From: Candidatus Brocadiaceae bacterium
Lineage (GTDB): Bacteria; Planctomycetota; Brocadiia; SM23-32
Length of the DNA: 64,000 bases
Direction: 5' to 3'
Assembly (NCBI GenBank): GCA_963805825.1
Contig: CAWDVO010000025.1
Span: 22,023 to 86,022 of the forward strand
Below the pieces are notes generated by a model. That model was given only the letters and a program-made list of their open reading frames with translations. It did not search any database and was not told where the DNA came from. Within the stretch, counting starts at the first letter, position 1; each line of letters starts with the position of its first letter. Made by a program: the position numbers and the translations under genes. Below are positions 1 through 9,699 of this stretch, piece by piece.

Positions 1-1222
1 GAGCACGTCCGGCGGCGGACGCACCACCAGCACCAGAGGCGGCACGACCAGCCGCTTCGGCAACTTCGGTCGCACCACAGGCAGCACCACCAACCAGGCG
101 CTGGCCGGCCTGACCGGCGCCGTCTACGTGGTGTCGGACACTGACAGCAACTCGCTGCTGATCCGCACAGCGCCGAAGAACTTCGAGCTGGTGCGCGGCA
201 TTGTCGAGGACCTGGACCGGCCCGTCCCGCAGGTGCTCATCAAGGTCCTCATCGCCGAGGTCACCCACGACGACACGATCGACCTGGGCGCCGAGTTCTC
301 CGTGCTGAACCTGGTCAACGGCGGCCCGGGCACCCGCGGTGTGCTGACCAACTTCGGCGTGGCCGCCCAGACCCAGGGCCTCATCACCAGGCTCATCGGC
401 GGCGACACCAACGCCATCCTGCGCGCGCTGGAGAGCATCGGCAAGCTGGAGGTCCTCTCCCGCCCCTACATCCTGGCCAGCGATAACCAGGCCGCCACCA
501 TCACCGTCGGCGATACGGTGCCCTTCATCCAGAACACCCGCACCACCGATACCGGCCAGACCATCAACACCATCACGTACCGGGACATCGGCATCATCAT
601 GAACGTCACGGCCCACATCAACCCCGAGGGCCTGGTGAACATGGACGTCGCCCCCGAGATATCGAGCATCTCCGGCACCAGCGTGCCGATCTCGGAGACG
701 GTCAACGCCCCCGTCTTCACCAAGCGGTCGGCGGAGACCCACGTCTCCATCAAGGACGGGCAGACCATCGTCATCGGCGGCCTGATCGAGGACAGCAAGG
801 TGGCCACCATCACCCAGGTGCCGATCCTGGGCCACATCCCCATCCTGGGTATCCTGTTCCGCCGCACCATCAACCAGAAGAAGAAGACCGAGCTGCTCAT
901 CTTCCTGACGCCGATGGTGGCCCGGGTGCCCGAGACGCTCACGGGCATATCCCAGAGCGAACTGGCGCACACGCAGAACGTGACGGGCGCCGTGCGGCCC
1001 GGCGCGTTCCAGGAGCAGTTGGAGGGCATGGCGCCCTGCAACCCGCTGAAGCCCATAGCGCAGCCCTGCCCGCCGGCGACGGCGGCCCAGCAGACCGGCA
1101 CCCAGCAGACGACCGGCCAGCAGGCGCAGCCCTGCCCGCAGCCCTCCGCTCCGGCCGGCGCCAAGCCCGGCGCGACGGTGACGCTCCCGCCGGTGGCGCC
1201 CAAGCTGGACACTGACCCGTAA
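1..1222 (+). CDS. gspD: Type II secretion secretin GspD-like, 5' truncated by window edge
   Basis: Frame open from position 2. Secretin motifs LDRPVPQVLIKVLIAEV, LSRPYILASDNQAATITVG, VPILGHIPILGILFR, KTELLIFLTP. Pro/Gln/Thr-rich C-tail. Confidence 0.9.
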   Translation, partial: STSGGGRTTSTRGGTTSRFGNFGRTTGSTTNQALAGLTGAVYVVSDTDSNSLLIRTAPKNFELVRGIVEDLDRPVPQVLIKVLIAEVTHDDTIDLGAEFSVLNLVNGGPGTRGVLTNFGVAAQTQGLITRLIGGDTNAILRALESIGKLEVLSRPYILASDNQAATITVGDTVPFIQNTRTTDTGQTINTITYRDIGIIMNVTAHINPEGLVNMDVAPEISSISGTSVPISETVNAPVFTKRSAETHVSIKDGQTIVIGGLIEDSKVATITQVPILGHIPILGILFRRTINQKKKTELLIFLTPMVARVPETLTGISQSELAHTQNVTGAVRPGAFQEQLEGMAPCNPLKPIAQPCPPATAAQQTGTQQTTGQQAQPCPQPSAPAGAKPGATVTLPPVAPKLDTDP

Positions 1223-1267
1223 AGGGAGCCTCAACCGGCGGCCCGTCGGCGCAGGGCCGCCACCAAG

Positions 1268-1313
1268 AGGACGGCGGTCGCTACCTCCCAGCGGCCGTCG
1301 TCCTTCTCTTTTT
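1268..1313 (+). terminator. Intrinsic terminator hairpin between convergent gspD and RND genes
   Basis: Stem aggacggcggtcgct / agcggccgtcgtcct (two G-U pairs) followed by tctcttttt. Confidence 0.7.
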
Positions 1314-1326
1314 GGGGGGCGCCAAC

Positions 1327-4300
1327 CTACACCGTCGGACGCCTCTTCGGCGTGAGCAGCCGCCGCAGCGCTTCCATGTAGAGGAAGAAGACCGGCGTGA
1401 CGTAGAGCGTGAGCATCTGCGAGAACAGCAGCCCGCCCACCACCGCCAGCCCGAGCGGCCGGCGCGACTCCGCCCCCGCGCCGAACCCTATCGCGATCAG
1501 CAGCCCGGCCGCCAGCGCCGCCATGGTCGTCATCATGATCGGCCGGAAGCGCACCAGGCACGCCTCCACGATCGCCTCCTCGGCGTCCTTGCCCTCCTGC
1601 CGCTGCGCCTCGATGGCGAAGTCCACCATCATGATGCCGTTCTTCTTCACCAGCCCCACCAGCATGATGATGCCGACGAAGGCGTAGATGGACAGCTCGG
1701 TGTGGAAGACCAGCAGCGTCAGCAGCGCGCCGAAGCCGGCGAAGGGCAGCGCGGAGAGGATGGTGATGGGATGGAAGAAGCTCTCGTAGAGGATGCCGAG
1801 CACGATGTAGATGACCAGCACGGCCATGGCCAGCAGCAGCCCGAGGCCCTTCAGGGAGGACTGGAACGCCTGCGCCGTGCCCTGGAAGCTCGTCGTGATG
1901 GAGGCCGGCACGACGGTGCGTGCCAGGTCGTCCACCTGCTTCACCGCCGTGCCCAGCGCCACATCGGGCGCCAGGTTGAAGGCGATGGTCACCGAGGGCA
2001 ACTGGCCCGAGTGGTTGACCGAGAGCGGCCCCACGCCGCGCGTGAGCGCCGCCACCGTGCCCAGCGGCACCAGCTTGCCGGACGAGGAGTGTACGTAGAG
2101 CGCGGAGAGCGCCTGCGGGTCGAGCTGGTACTGCGGCTCCACCTCCATGATGACGGGGTACTCGTTGGCCGGCGTGAAGATGGTCGAGATCTGGCGGGTG
2201 CCGTAGGCGTCCAGGAGCGTGTTCTCGACGTCCGTGGCGCTCATGCCGAGGGCCGACGCCTTGTCCCGGTCGATCTCCACCATCACCTGCGGGTTGCTGA
2301 TCTGCAGGTCGCTGCTCAGGTCCTGGAAGCCGGGCAGGGCCGCCATCTTCCGCTCCAGGTCGGTGCTGACGCGGTACAGCTCGTCCGTATCCGGCCCCTG
2401 AAGCGTGTACTGGTACTGGCTGTTGGACAGCCGGCCGCCGATGCGGATGGGCGGCGGGTTCTGAAGGAACACCCGGATGCCCACCACCTTTGCCAGCTCG
2501 CCGCGCACGGACTGTATCCACTGGTCCGCCGAGAGCGGCCGCTGGTCCCGCGGCTTCAGCCGGATGAACAGCCGTCCCGTGTTGCCCGCACCGAAGCCGA
2601 CGGCGGACATGAAGCTGTCCACGCTCGGGTCCTTCTGCAGGACGGCGGCCACCTCCGCCTGGTGCCGGACCATCGAGTCGTAGGAGATGCCCTGGGCCGC
2701 CTGCGTCATGCCCGACACCTGGCCCGTGTCCTCGCTGGGCAGGAAGCCCTTCGGGCTGATGACGAACAGGTAGGCCGTGGCCGCCAGCACGAGCAGCGAG
2801 AAGACCATCACCAGCCCGCGCACGCGGATGACCTTGCGCAAGCTCCAGCCGTAGAAGCCCACCGCGTGCCGAAACAGCCCCTCGACCACCGCGTAGAAGC
2901 GCCCGTGCTGCCGCTCGCCCGCGCGCCGCAGCACGCGGCTGGCCAGCATGGGCGTGAGCGTCAGCGACACCACGCCGGATGCCAGGATGGCCACGGCGAT
3001 GGTCACCGCGAACTCCCGGAACAGCCGCCCAACGATACCGCCCATGAAGAGCACCGGGATGAAGACGGCCACCAGCGAGAGCGTCATCGAGACGATGGTG
3101 AAGCTGACCTGCCGCGAGCCGTCCAGCGCCGCCTGCATGGCGTCCTTGCCCATCTCCCCGTGACGGAACACGTTCTCCAGCATCACGATGGCGTCGTCGG
3201 CCACGAAACCGACCGAAAGCGTCAGCGCCATGAGGGACAGGTTGTCCAGGCTGTAGCGAAGCACGAACATGGCCGCGAAGGTGAAGACGATCGAGATGGG
3301 CAACGCCAGGCTGGGGATGACGGTCGCCCTGGCACTGCGCAGGAACAGGAAGATGACGCCCACCACCAGCGCCAGCGTGATCAGCAGCGTGTACTTGACG
3401 TCCAGCACGGACGCCTTGATGCTCTCGGAGCGGTCGAACAGAACGTGCATCTGGACCGAGGCCGGCAACTGCTTGCGGAACGTGGGCAGCAGGGCCTTGA
3501 CGGCGTCCGCGACGGCCACCGTGTTCGTGCCCGGCTGGCGGAACAGGGCCAGGATGATGGAGCGCGGTGCCCCCTCGTGGTTGACGTACCAGGCCGCCGC
3601 CTTGTCGTTCTCCACGCTGTCCAGCGCCCGCCCCACCTGGTCGAGCCGCACGGGCGCGCCGTTGCGGTAGGCGACGATGACGGGGTCGTAGGCAGCCGCA
3701 TCCGTGAGCTGCCCGCTGGCCTTGATGGTGAACGCCTGGTGCGGCCCGTAGAGGGTGCCGGTGGGCAGGTTGACGTTGGCGTTCGAGACGGCCGAGGCGA
3801 CCGTGTCCAGGCCGATGCCGATGGCGGCCAGCTTCTTCGGGTCGAGCCGCAGGCGCACGGCGTACTTCTGCGCGCCGAAGACCAGCACCTGGGCCACGCC
3901 GGGCACCATGCTGACGCGCTGGGCCATGGTGGTCTCGCCGTACTCGTCCAGGGAGGGAAGCGGCTGGTCGGGGGAGGTGAGCGCCACGAACAGGATGGGC
4001 GCGTCGGCCGGGTTGACTTTGCGGTAGGTCGGCGGGGTCGGCATATCGGACGGCAGCCGGCGGCCGGCGTGCGCGATGGCGGCCGTCACGTCCTCGGCGG
4101 CGGCGTCGATGTTGCGGCTCAGGCTGAACTGCAGCGTGATGTCCGTGCTGCCCAGGGTGCTCGACGAGGTCATCGAGTCCAGGCCGGAGATGGTCGAGAA
4201 CTCCTTCTCCAGCGGCGTGGCCACGGCGGAGGCCATCGTCTCCGGGCTGGCGCCGGGCAGGCTGGCGGACACGTCGATCGTGGGATAGTCCACTGTCGGC

Positions 4301-4410
4301 AGGTCGCTCTCCGGCAACTGCCGGTAGCCCATCACGCCGAAGAGCACCAGGGCGAACATCACCAGCACGGTCATCACCGGCCGGCGTATCCATATCTCGG
4401 AGATGTTCAT
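1327..4410 (-). CDS. RND efflux permease, MdtB/MdtC subfamily
   Basis: 1027 aa. Motifs IRRPVMT, LPGASPETMASAVATPLE, YRKVNPADAPIL, GFVADDAIVMLEN, GLVKKNGIMMVDFA, RFRPIMMTT. Confidence 0.95.
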   Translation of the reverse strand: MNISEIWIRRPVMTVLVMFALVLFGVMGYRQLPESDLPTVDYPTIDVSASLPGASPETMASAVATPLEKEFSTISGLDSMTSSSTLGSTDITLQFSLSRNIDAAAEDVTAAIAHAGRRLPSDMPTPPTYRKVNPADAPILFVALTSPDQPLPSLDEYGETTMAQRVSMVPGVAQVLVFGAQKYAVRLRLDPKKLAAIGIGLDTVASAVSNANVNLPTGTLYGPHQAFTIKASGQLTDAAAYDPVIVAYRNGAPVRLDQVGRALDSVENDKAAAWYVNHEGAPRSIILALFRQPGTNTVAVADAVKALLPTFRKQLPASVQMHVLFDRSESIKASVLDVKYTLLITLALVVGVIFLFLRSARATVIPSLALPISIVFTFAAMFVLRYSLDNLSLMALTLSVGFVADDAIVMLENVFRHGEMGKDAMQAALDGSRQVSFTIVSMTLSLVAVFIPVLFMGGIVGRLFREFAVTIAVAILASGVVSLTLTPMLASRVLRRAGERQHGRFYAVVEGLFRHAVGFYGWSLRKVIRVRGLVMVFSLLVLAATAYLFVISPKGFLPSEDTGQVSGMTQAAQGISYDSMVRHQAEVAAVLQKDPSVDSFMSAVGFGAGNTGRLFIRLKPRDQRPLSADQWIQSVRGELAKVVGIRVFLQNPPPIRIGGRLSNSQYQYTLQGPDTDELYRVSTDLERKMAALPGFQDLSSDLQISNPQVMVEIDRDKASALGMSATDVENTLLDAYGTRQISTIFTPANEYPVIMEVEPQYQLDPQALSALYVHSSSGKLVPLGTVAALTRGVGPLSVNHSGQLPSVTIAFNLAPDVALGTAVKQVDDLARTVVPASITTSFQGTAQAFQSSLKGLGLLLAMAVLVIYIVLGILYESFFHPITILSALPFAGFGALLTLLVFHTELSIYAFVGIIMLVGLVKKNGIMMVDFAIEAQRQEGKDAEEAIVEACLVRFRPIMMTTMAALAAGLLIAIGFGAGAESRRPLGLAVVGGLLFSQMLTLYVTPVFFLYMEALRRLLTPKRRPTV

Positions 4411-5561
4411 GCAGGCCCTTCCTTGCCGGCCCGGCCGGGCGTCACCACCTGCACCTTCGTGCCGTTCACGAGCTGGAGCTGGCCGTCCGTCACGACGGTC
4501 TCGCCCGCCTTGACGCCCTTCGCGATGACGCTCTCGTTGCCCAGCTCGCGGTCCAGCACGACGGGCCGCATCTCCACCGTCTGGTCCTGCTTGACCAGGA
4601 AGACGAACTGCCCCTGCTGCCCCACCTGCACCGCCTGCGAGGGAACGACCACGGCGTCCGGCTGCGTCGAGAGCGTCAGCACCACGTTGACGTACTGCCC
4701 CGGCCAGAGCCGGCGGTCAGCGTTCGCGAACGTTCCCTTCAGCAGGATGGTGCCGGTCGTCGCGTCCACCTCGTTGTCCACGAAGGTCAGCGTGCCCTGC
4801 TCCGGCCTGTCCTCCTCACCGGGGACGAGGGCGCTGACGCTGAGTGGGCCGGCCGCCATCCTCTCACGGATGGCCGGCAGGTGCTTCTCCGGCACGGAGA
4901 AGTCCACATAGATCGGCGCGACCTGGTTCAGGACGGCCAGCGCCAGGTCGTTCGCCTTGATCGAGTTGCCGGGGTCCACCAGGATGGCGCCCGTGCGGGC
5001 GTCGATGGGGCTGGCGATGGTGCAATAGCTGAGCTGCAGCTTCGCCATCTCGCGGGCGGCGGTGTCCGCCTTGACGGCGGCGGCCAGCGTGCCAGCCGTC
5101 GTGCGGGCCTGGTCGTACTCCTCCTGGGCGGCGTAGCCCTTGCCCAGCAGGTCCTTGGTATGGTCGGCCAGGACCTCGGCGTTCTTCTCCTGGACCGTGT
5201 CGCGCGCCAGGTTGGCCTCCGCCAGGTCCAAGGCGGCCTGGAAGGACCGCGGGTCGAGCGTGAAGAGCACGTCACCCTTCTTCACGTCCTGCCCGGCCTC
5301 GAAGTGGACGGCGTCGACCACCGCGTCGATACGCGACTTCACGTTGACCGTCCGGTAGGCCTCCCCCGTGCCGACCGCGCTCAACTCCACCGGCATGGCC
5401 TTCTGCACGGCCTGGGCCGCGTGTACGGGCACGGGCGGCGGCGCGTGACGCTGCGGGGCCTGCTTCGAGCAGCCGGCCAGCAGGCCGGCCAGGGCGACGA
5501 GGGCGATGCCCGCGGGCACGAGCCGGCGGACGCTGCGGTACGGTCTCTCAGTGGTGTGCAT
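4407..5561 (-). CDS. RND periplasmic adaptor (MdtA-like membrane fusion lipoprotein)
   Basis: Lipobox LAGC, barrel-sandwich GQDVKKGDVLFTLD, TGTILLKGTFANADRRLWPGQYV. ATGA overlap with the permease. Confidence 0.93.
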   Translation of the reverse strand: MHTTERPYRSVRRLVPAGIALVALAGLLAGCSKQAPQRHAPPPVPVHAAQAVQKAMPVELSAVGTGEAYRTVNVKSRIDAVVDAVHFEAGQDVKKGDVLFTLDPRSFQAALDLAEANLARDTVQEKNAEVLADHTKDLLGKGYAAQEEYDQARTTAGTLAAAVKADTAAREMAKLQLSYCTIASPIDARTGAILVDPGNSIKANDLALAVLNQVAPIYVDFSVPEKHLPAIRERMAAGPLSVSALVPGEEDRPEQGTLTFVDNEVDATTGTILLKGTFANADRRLWPGQYVNVVLTLSTQPDAVVVPSQAVQVGQQGQFVFLVKQDQTVEMRPVVLDRELGNESVIAKGVKAGETVVTDGQLQLVNGTKVQVVTPGRAGKEGPA

Positions 5562-5564
5562 GGC

Positions 5565-7211
5565 TTACCATTGGCGCGGTCTGGAGGTGTCCACCGGCCC
5601 GTCGCCCGGGGCCGCAATGCCGCGCCGGTCCAGCAGCGACCCCTCCAGGCGATAGAGTTCGGTCAGGGCCTTCGCGTGCGCCACGATGGCCTGGACCTCG
5701 GCTATCTGGCTGGAGAGCAGGTCGTCCTGCGCCTGGGCGACCAGCAGCGCGGTCGAGCGCCCCACGCGCAGCTTCTCCTGCTCCACCTGCAGCTTCTGCT
5801 CCTGCAGCTTGCGCGTGGCCGTGGCCGCGGCCACCTCCTCGCGGGCGTTGGCGACGGTCGCGTAGGCCGTCCGCACGTCCACCTGCACGAGCTGCGCCAT
5901 GTTGCCGACGGCCTCCCTCGACTGGCTCAGGCTGAAGACGGCGCGACTGTGGCGGGCCTCCGGCGCGCGGTTGCCGATGGGTACCTGGAAGCTCAGGCCC
6001 ACGCTGATGTCCTTGCCCGGCCCGCGGGTCACGTTCATGCTGTTGGGAAAGGAGCTGGCGTAGCCGCTCTTGCCGAGGGTCAGGAAGGCGTCCAGCCGGG
6101 GCAGCAGGCCGTTCTTCGTCTGCACCACGTCCAACTCGCCGCGCTGCACCTGCAGGCGGGCCTCGTTCAGGTCCGGCCGCATGCGCAGCGCCTCGGCCAC
6201 GTGGGTCCCCACGTCGCCCAGCTCGTCGGCCGCGATGGCGGGCCGGTCGCGCAGCACGATCTGGCGGTCCCACGCCTGCTCGCCGCCCGGATTCATCAGG
6301 CGCAGCAGGTTCAGCCGGGCCGTCTCCAGCGCGGTGCGTCCGCCGATGAGGGCCTGCCGGCGCTGCGCCACGGTGGCCTGCGCACTGACCAGCTCCGTGT
6401 CCGCCAGCCGCCCGACCTGGATCATGCCCTGCGTCTGGTCGAGCTGGTCCTGCGCGAGCTTGAGGGACTGGCTGTAGATGTCGATCTCGCGCTGGGCGAG
6501 CAGGTAGTCCCAGTAGGACTCCTCGACCTGCGCCACCAGCGCCTCCGCGTAGCCGCGCAGGACGTACTGGGAGGTCTCCGCGTCGATGCGCGCCTGCCGC
6601 AGCGTGGCCAGGTTCACGTCCGGGCCGAACCCCTGCAGCAGGTGCTGCGTGACGGAGAGCCCCACGCGCGTGCCGCCCAGCGTGCCGCCCGGTATTGAAC
6701 GGGACAGCGTCCCGCTCACCGTGGCCCCGAGCGTCGTGCCCGTGGGCAGGTACTCGGTCGGCCCCAGGTCGCCCGTCAGCGTCCGCAAAGTGGAGGAGAG
6801 CAAGCCCGCGCCGAACACGCGCGTCGAGACCGTCTTGGTCCAGGAGAGGTTGGCGTCCAGCACGGGGTCGAAGGCGGCGCGCAACTCGTCCTCTAAGGTG
6901 CCGGCGATCGATGGCCCGAACCGCTCGACGCGGAACGCCTCGTTGTTGGAGAGCGCCAGCAGGATGGCGTCGTTCACGCTCACCTCGACCGGGCCGCCGG
7001 ACGGGAGCTTGGGCGGGGGCAGCTCTGCCGGACGGGGCGCAGGGGCCGGCGCGGCGGCAGTCGCAGGGGCTTGCACGGCGGGCGCGGGGCCGACGTAATC
7101 GTCGTAGTGCGCCGGCGCGAACCCCGCGCAGGAAGTGAGTGCGACGGCCAGCACGCCGACGAGCAGGGGCATGATGCGGCTGCGGTGGAGATGGGTTCGC
7201 TTGCTGCTCAT
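5565..7211 (-). CDS. TolC-family outer membrane efflux protein
   Basis: Signal/lipobox LTSC, helical TolC repeats (VEESYWDY, ALRMRPDL, EQEKLRVGRST). Start at 7211 or 7172 preferred over the 7430 ORF start. Confidence 0.88.
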   Translation of the reverse strand: MSSKRTHLHRSRIMPLLVGVLAVALTSCAGFAPAHYDDYVGPAPAVQAPATAAAPAPAPRPAELPPPKLPSGGPVEVSVNDAILLALSNNEAFRVERFGPSIAGTLEDELRAAFDPVLDANLSWTKTVSTRVFGAGLLSSTLRTLTGDLGPTEYLPTGTTLGATVSGTLSRSIPGGTLGGTRVGLSVTQHLLQGFGPDVNLATLRQARIDAETSQYVLRGYAEALVAQVEESYWDYLLAQREIDIYSQSLKLAQDQLDQTQGMIQVGRLADTELVSAQATVAQRRQALIGGRTALETARLNLLRLMNPGGEQAWDRQIVLRDRPAIAADELGDVGTHVAEALRMRPDLNEARLQVQRGELDVVQTKNGLLPRLDAFLTLGKSGYASSFPNSMNVTRGPGKDISVGLSFQVPIGNRAPEARHSRAVFSLSQSREAVGNMAQLVQVDVRTAYATVANAREEVAAATATRKLQEQKLQVEQEKLRVGRSTALLVAQAQDDLLSSQIAEVQAIVAHAKALTELYRLEGSLLDRRGIAAPGDGPVDTSRPRQW

Positions 7212-7413
7212 GGCCGGCCGTCCCGCCCCGATGCCCCCGTCGCGTTCGTCGTCCGGGCGGGGGGCCTCGGACACCCGCCTCAGTGATGAGTCACGTTCTC
7301 CCCCTATCCGTTCAATGATACGCCGCCGGCACACCCGGCGCAACGCGACGCTCCGTGCGGCGTCCACAGCGTCCACGTTGTCCGCGCCGTCAACTGCCTC
7401 CCCCTCCCCGCGC

Positions 7414-7467
7414 TTGCACCGCTCCGCCATAGGTGCTACACTGCCCGTGTCAGTTTGACGTCAAACT
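7414..7467 (+). promoter_or_regulatory. Sigma70-type promoter plus perfect 16-bp palindromic operator upstream of the LacI gene
   Basis: TTGCAC (7414) - 17 bp - TGn-extended TACACT (7437). Palindrome AGTTTGACGTCAAACT at 7452-7467. Confidence 0.75.
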
Positions 7468-7482
7468 AAACGGGGCGCCCAC

Positions 7483-8496
7483 ATGCCCGCCACCATCCGC
7501 GAGGTCGCGATCGCCGCCGGCGTCTCCCAGACCGCCGTCTCGCTCGCCTTCCGGCAGGACTCCCGCATCAGCGACGCCACCCGCAGCAAGGTCCTCGCCG
7601 CCGCCCGCCGCCTCAACTACGTCCCCAACCTGGCCGCCCGACGACTGCGGCAGGGCCGCTCGCACACCATCGGACTCGTCGTCGCCGACATCACGAACCC
7701 CTTCTACGCCCTCATCACCGGCCAGGCCCAGGCGCTCGCCCACGCGCACGGCTACCAGATACTCGTCGTCGACACCGCATGGGACGGCGCCCGCGAACTC
7801 GCCGCCGTCGAGCACCTCGTCCAGGCCCGCGTGCAGGGCGCGCTGGTCTGCTTCAGCGAACGGGCGCCCGAGAGCGTGCGCCTGCTGCAGCGCTATAGCC
7901 TGCCCGTGGTCGCGCTGGACACGCGGCCGCCCGGTTACGGCGGCGCCTACGTGGCCAACGACCTGCGCTGCGCCGGCCGGCTCGCCGCCCGGCATCTGCT
8001 CTCCGTCGGCTGCCGCCGCCCCGTGCTGGCGCTGCCGGGTGGTCAGGACGGCCGCTTCAGCGCGTTCCGCGACATCCGTGCCGGTTTCGGCCGCGCGCTG
8101 GCGCGCTCGGGCGTCGAGTTCGCGGAACGCCACGTCGTCCCGGCCGAGATGTCCGTGACGGGCGGCATGGCCGCCTTCGACCTCCTGCGCCGGACCGTGC
8201 CGGACGCCGACGGCCTGCTCTGCGCCAACGACCTGTGTGCGCTCGGCGTGATGGAAGCGGCGGACGCGGCCGGTGTGCGCGTCGGCCCGGACCTTGCCCT
8301 GATGGGCATCGACGACCTGGAGGTCGGCCGCCTCGGCCGCATCTCCCTCACCTCCATCAGCCAGCCATACCGCCGCCTGGCCGAGACCGCCGCCCGCGCG
8401 CTGCTCGACGCCGTCGAGCACGGCCGGCCGCCCGACATCCGGCTGAAGCTCAAGCCGCACCTGACGCCCCGCGCCAGCACCCGGCGCAGCCCTTAG
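7483..8496 (+). CDS. LacI-family transcriptional regulator
   Basis: N-terminal TIREVAIAAGVSQTAVSLA HTH, LNYVPNLAARRL hinge, NPFY, CANDLCALG, LTSISQP. Confidence 0.95.
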   Translation: MPATIREVAIAAGVSQTAVSLAFRQDSRISDATRSKVLAAARRLNYVPNLAARRLRQGRSHTIGLVVADITNPFYALITGQAQALAHAHGYQILVVDTAWDGARELAAVEHLVQARVQGALVCFSERAPESVRLLQRYSLPVVALDTRPPGYGGAYVANDLRCAGRLAARHLLSVGCRRPVLALPGGQDGRFSAFRDIRAGFGRALARSGVEFAERHVVPAEMSVTGGMAAFDLLRRTVPDADGLLCANDLCALGVMEAADAAGVRVGPDLALMGIDDLEVGRLGRISLTSISQPYRRLAETAARALLDAVEHGRPPDIRLKLKPHLTPRASTRRSP

Positions 8497-8519
8497 CCGA
8501 TCGAGAAGAGGAGCCGCAC

Positions 8520-9697
8520 GTGGAAAGCCCCCGCATCCCCAAGGCCGAGTTCGACCAGCGCGTCCGCACCGTCCAGGACGCCCTCCGCGACGAGAAGCTC
8601 GACGCGCTCGCCGTCTACGGCGACGAGTACCGCAAGGAGAACCTGCGCTACGTCAGCAACTTCTGGCCCATCTTCGAGCGCTCGGTCTGCTTCATCCCCG
8701 CGCGCGGCGAGCCGGCGCTCGGCGTGGCGGCCGAGGGCGAGCGCTACGCCCGCGAGATGACGGTCTGGGACGACGTGCGCGTGCTCAAGGAGTTCGCCGC
8801 CGTCACGGTGCCCACCGAGATCGACTACCCCCTCACCACCTTCTCCTCGCTGCAGGACGTGCTGGCGAAGGTGCTGGGGCGCGGCAAGCGGCTGGGCATG
8901 GTCGGCCTGTGGGACATGTCCGAGCGGCTGCTGAACCGCTTCCGCGCGGCCGCGCCGGGCGTGGAGCTGGTCGACGCCGACAGCCTCCTCGTCGACATGC
9001 GCCTCATCAAGAGTCCGGCCGAGCTGGCCTGCCTGAAGGAGGCCGGCCGGCTGGCGTGCGTGGGCTACGAGGCGCTGATGGCCGCATGCGAGCCGGGCCG
9101 AACCGAGCTGGAAATCGCGGGCGCCGGCGAGGGCGCGGCAAGGTCCGCCGGCGCGGAGGCCATCGTCTTCCACGTGCTCGGAAGCGGCCCGCGCACCGGC
9201 ACCGTCATCGGCCGGCCGGTGCGCCGCGTCATCGAGGATGGGGACATGGTGATGGCGTCGCTGGCGGTGCAGCACGAGGGCTACGTGGCGACGGCCGAGT
9301 TCCCGTTCGTCGCCGGCCGGGCGTCGGCCGGGCAGCAGGACCTGCTGGGCGTCCTCTTCGAGGCGGCCAACGTGCAGCTCGAAGTACCTGCACGGCGGGG
9401 CCGTCTCCGGCGATATGGTGCGCGCGGTGCGCGACGTCTTCCGCCGACACCACGTGGACCAGGACCGACGTCTACCCGCCGATGCACGGCATCGGCCTGG
9501 CCGAAGCGGAGTCCCCCTACCCCGACGAGAAGAGCACCTACCCGCTGCGCCCCGGCATGTGCGTGAACTCGGACATCAGCCTCTTCGGCCACCCGGCCGG
9601 CTCCAACCGCATCGAGGAGGGCTTCCTCATCACCGACAGCGGCCCCGAGTCCATCACCCCCTTCATCCGCAAGCTCTGCGAGCAGGCCGCGAGGTGA
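8520..9697 (+). CDS. M24 (Xaa-Pro peptidase/creatinase) family protein; one frameshift near 9380
   Basis: Creatinase-N region (NLRYVSNF), RLIKSPAELACL. C-terminal HGIGL and RIEE lie in a second frame. GTG start after GAGGAG. Confidence 0.8.
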
Positions 9698-9699
9698 CC

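Noticed and set aside
1312-4911. Long antisense or alternate-frame ORFs (e.g. 1312-4911 +, 32801-34873 +, 52459-55059 -, 59234-61789 +)
   Set aside because: These are shadow ORFs of genuine genes in high-GC DNA, with Arg/Gly/His-rich translations and no family motifs.
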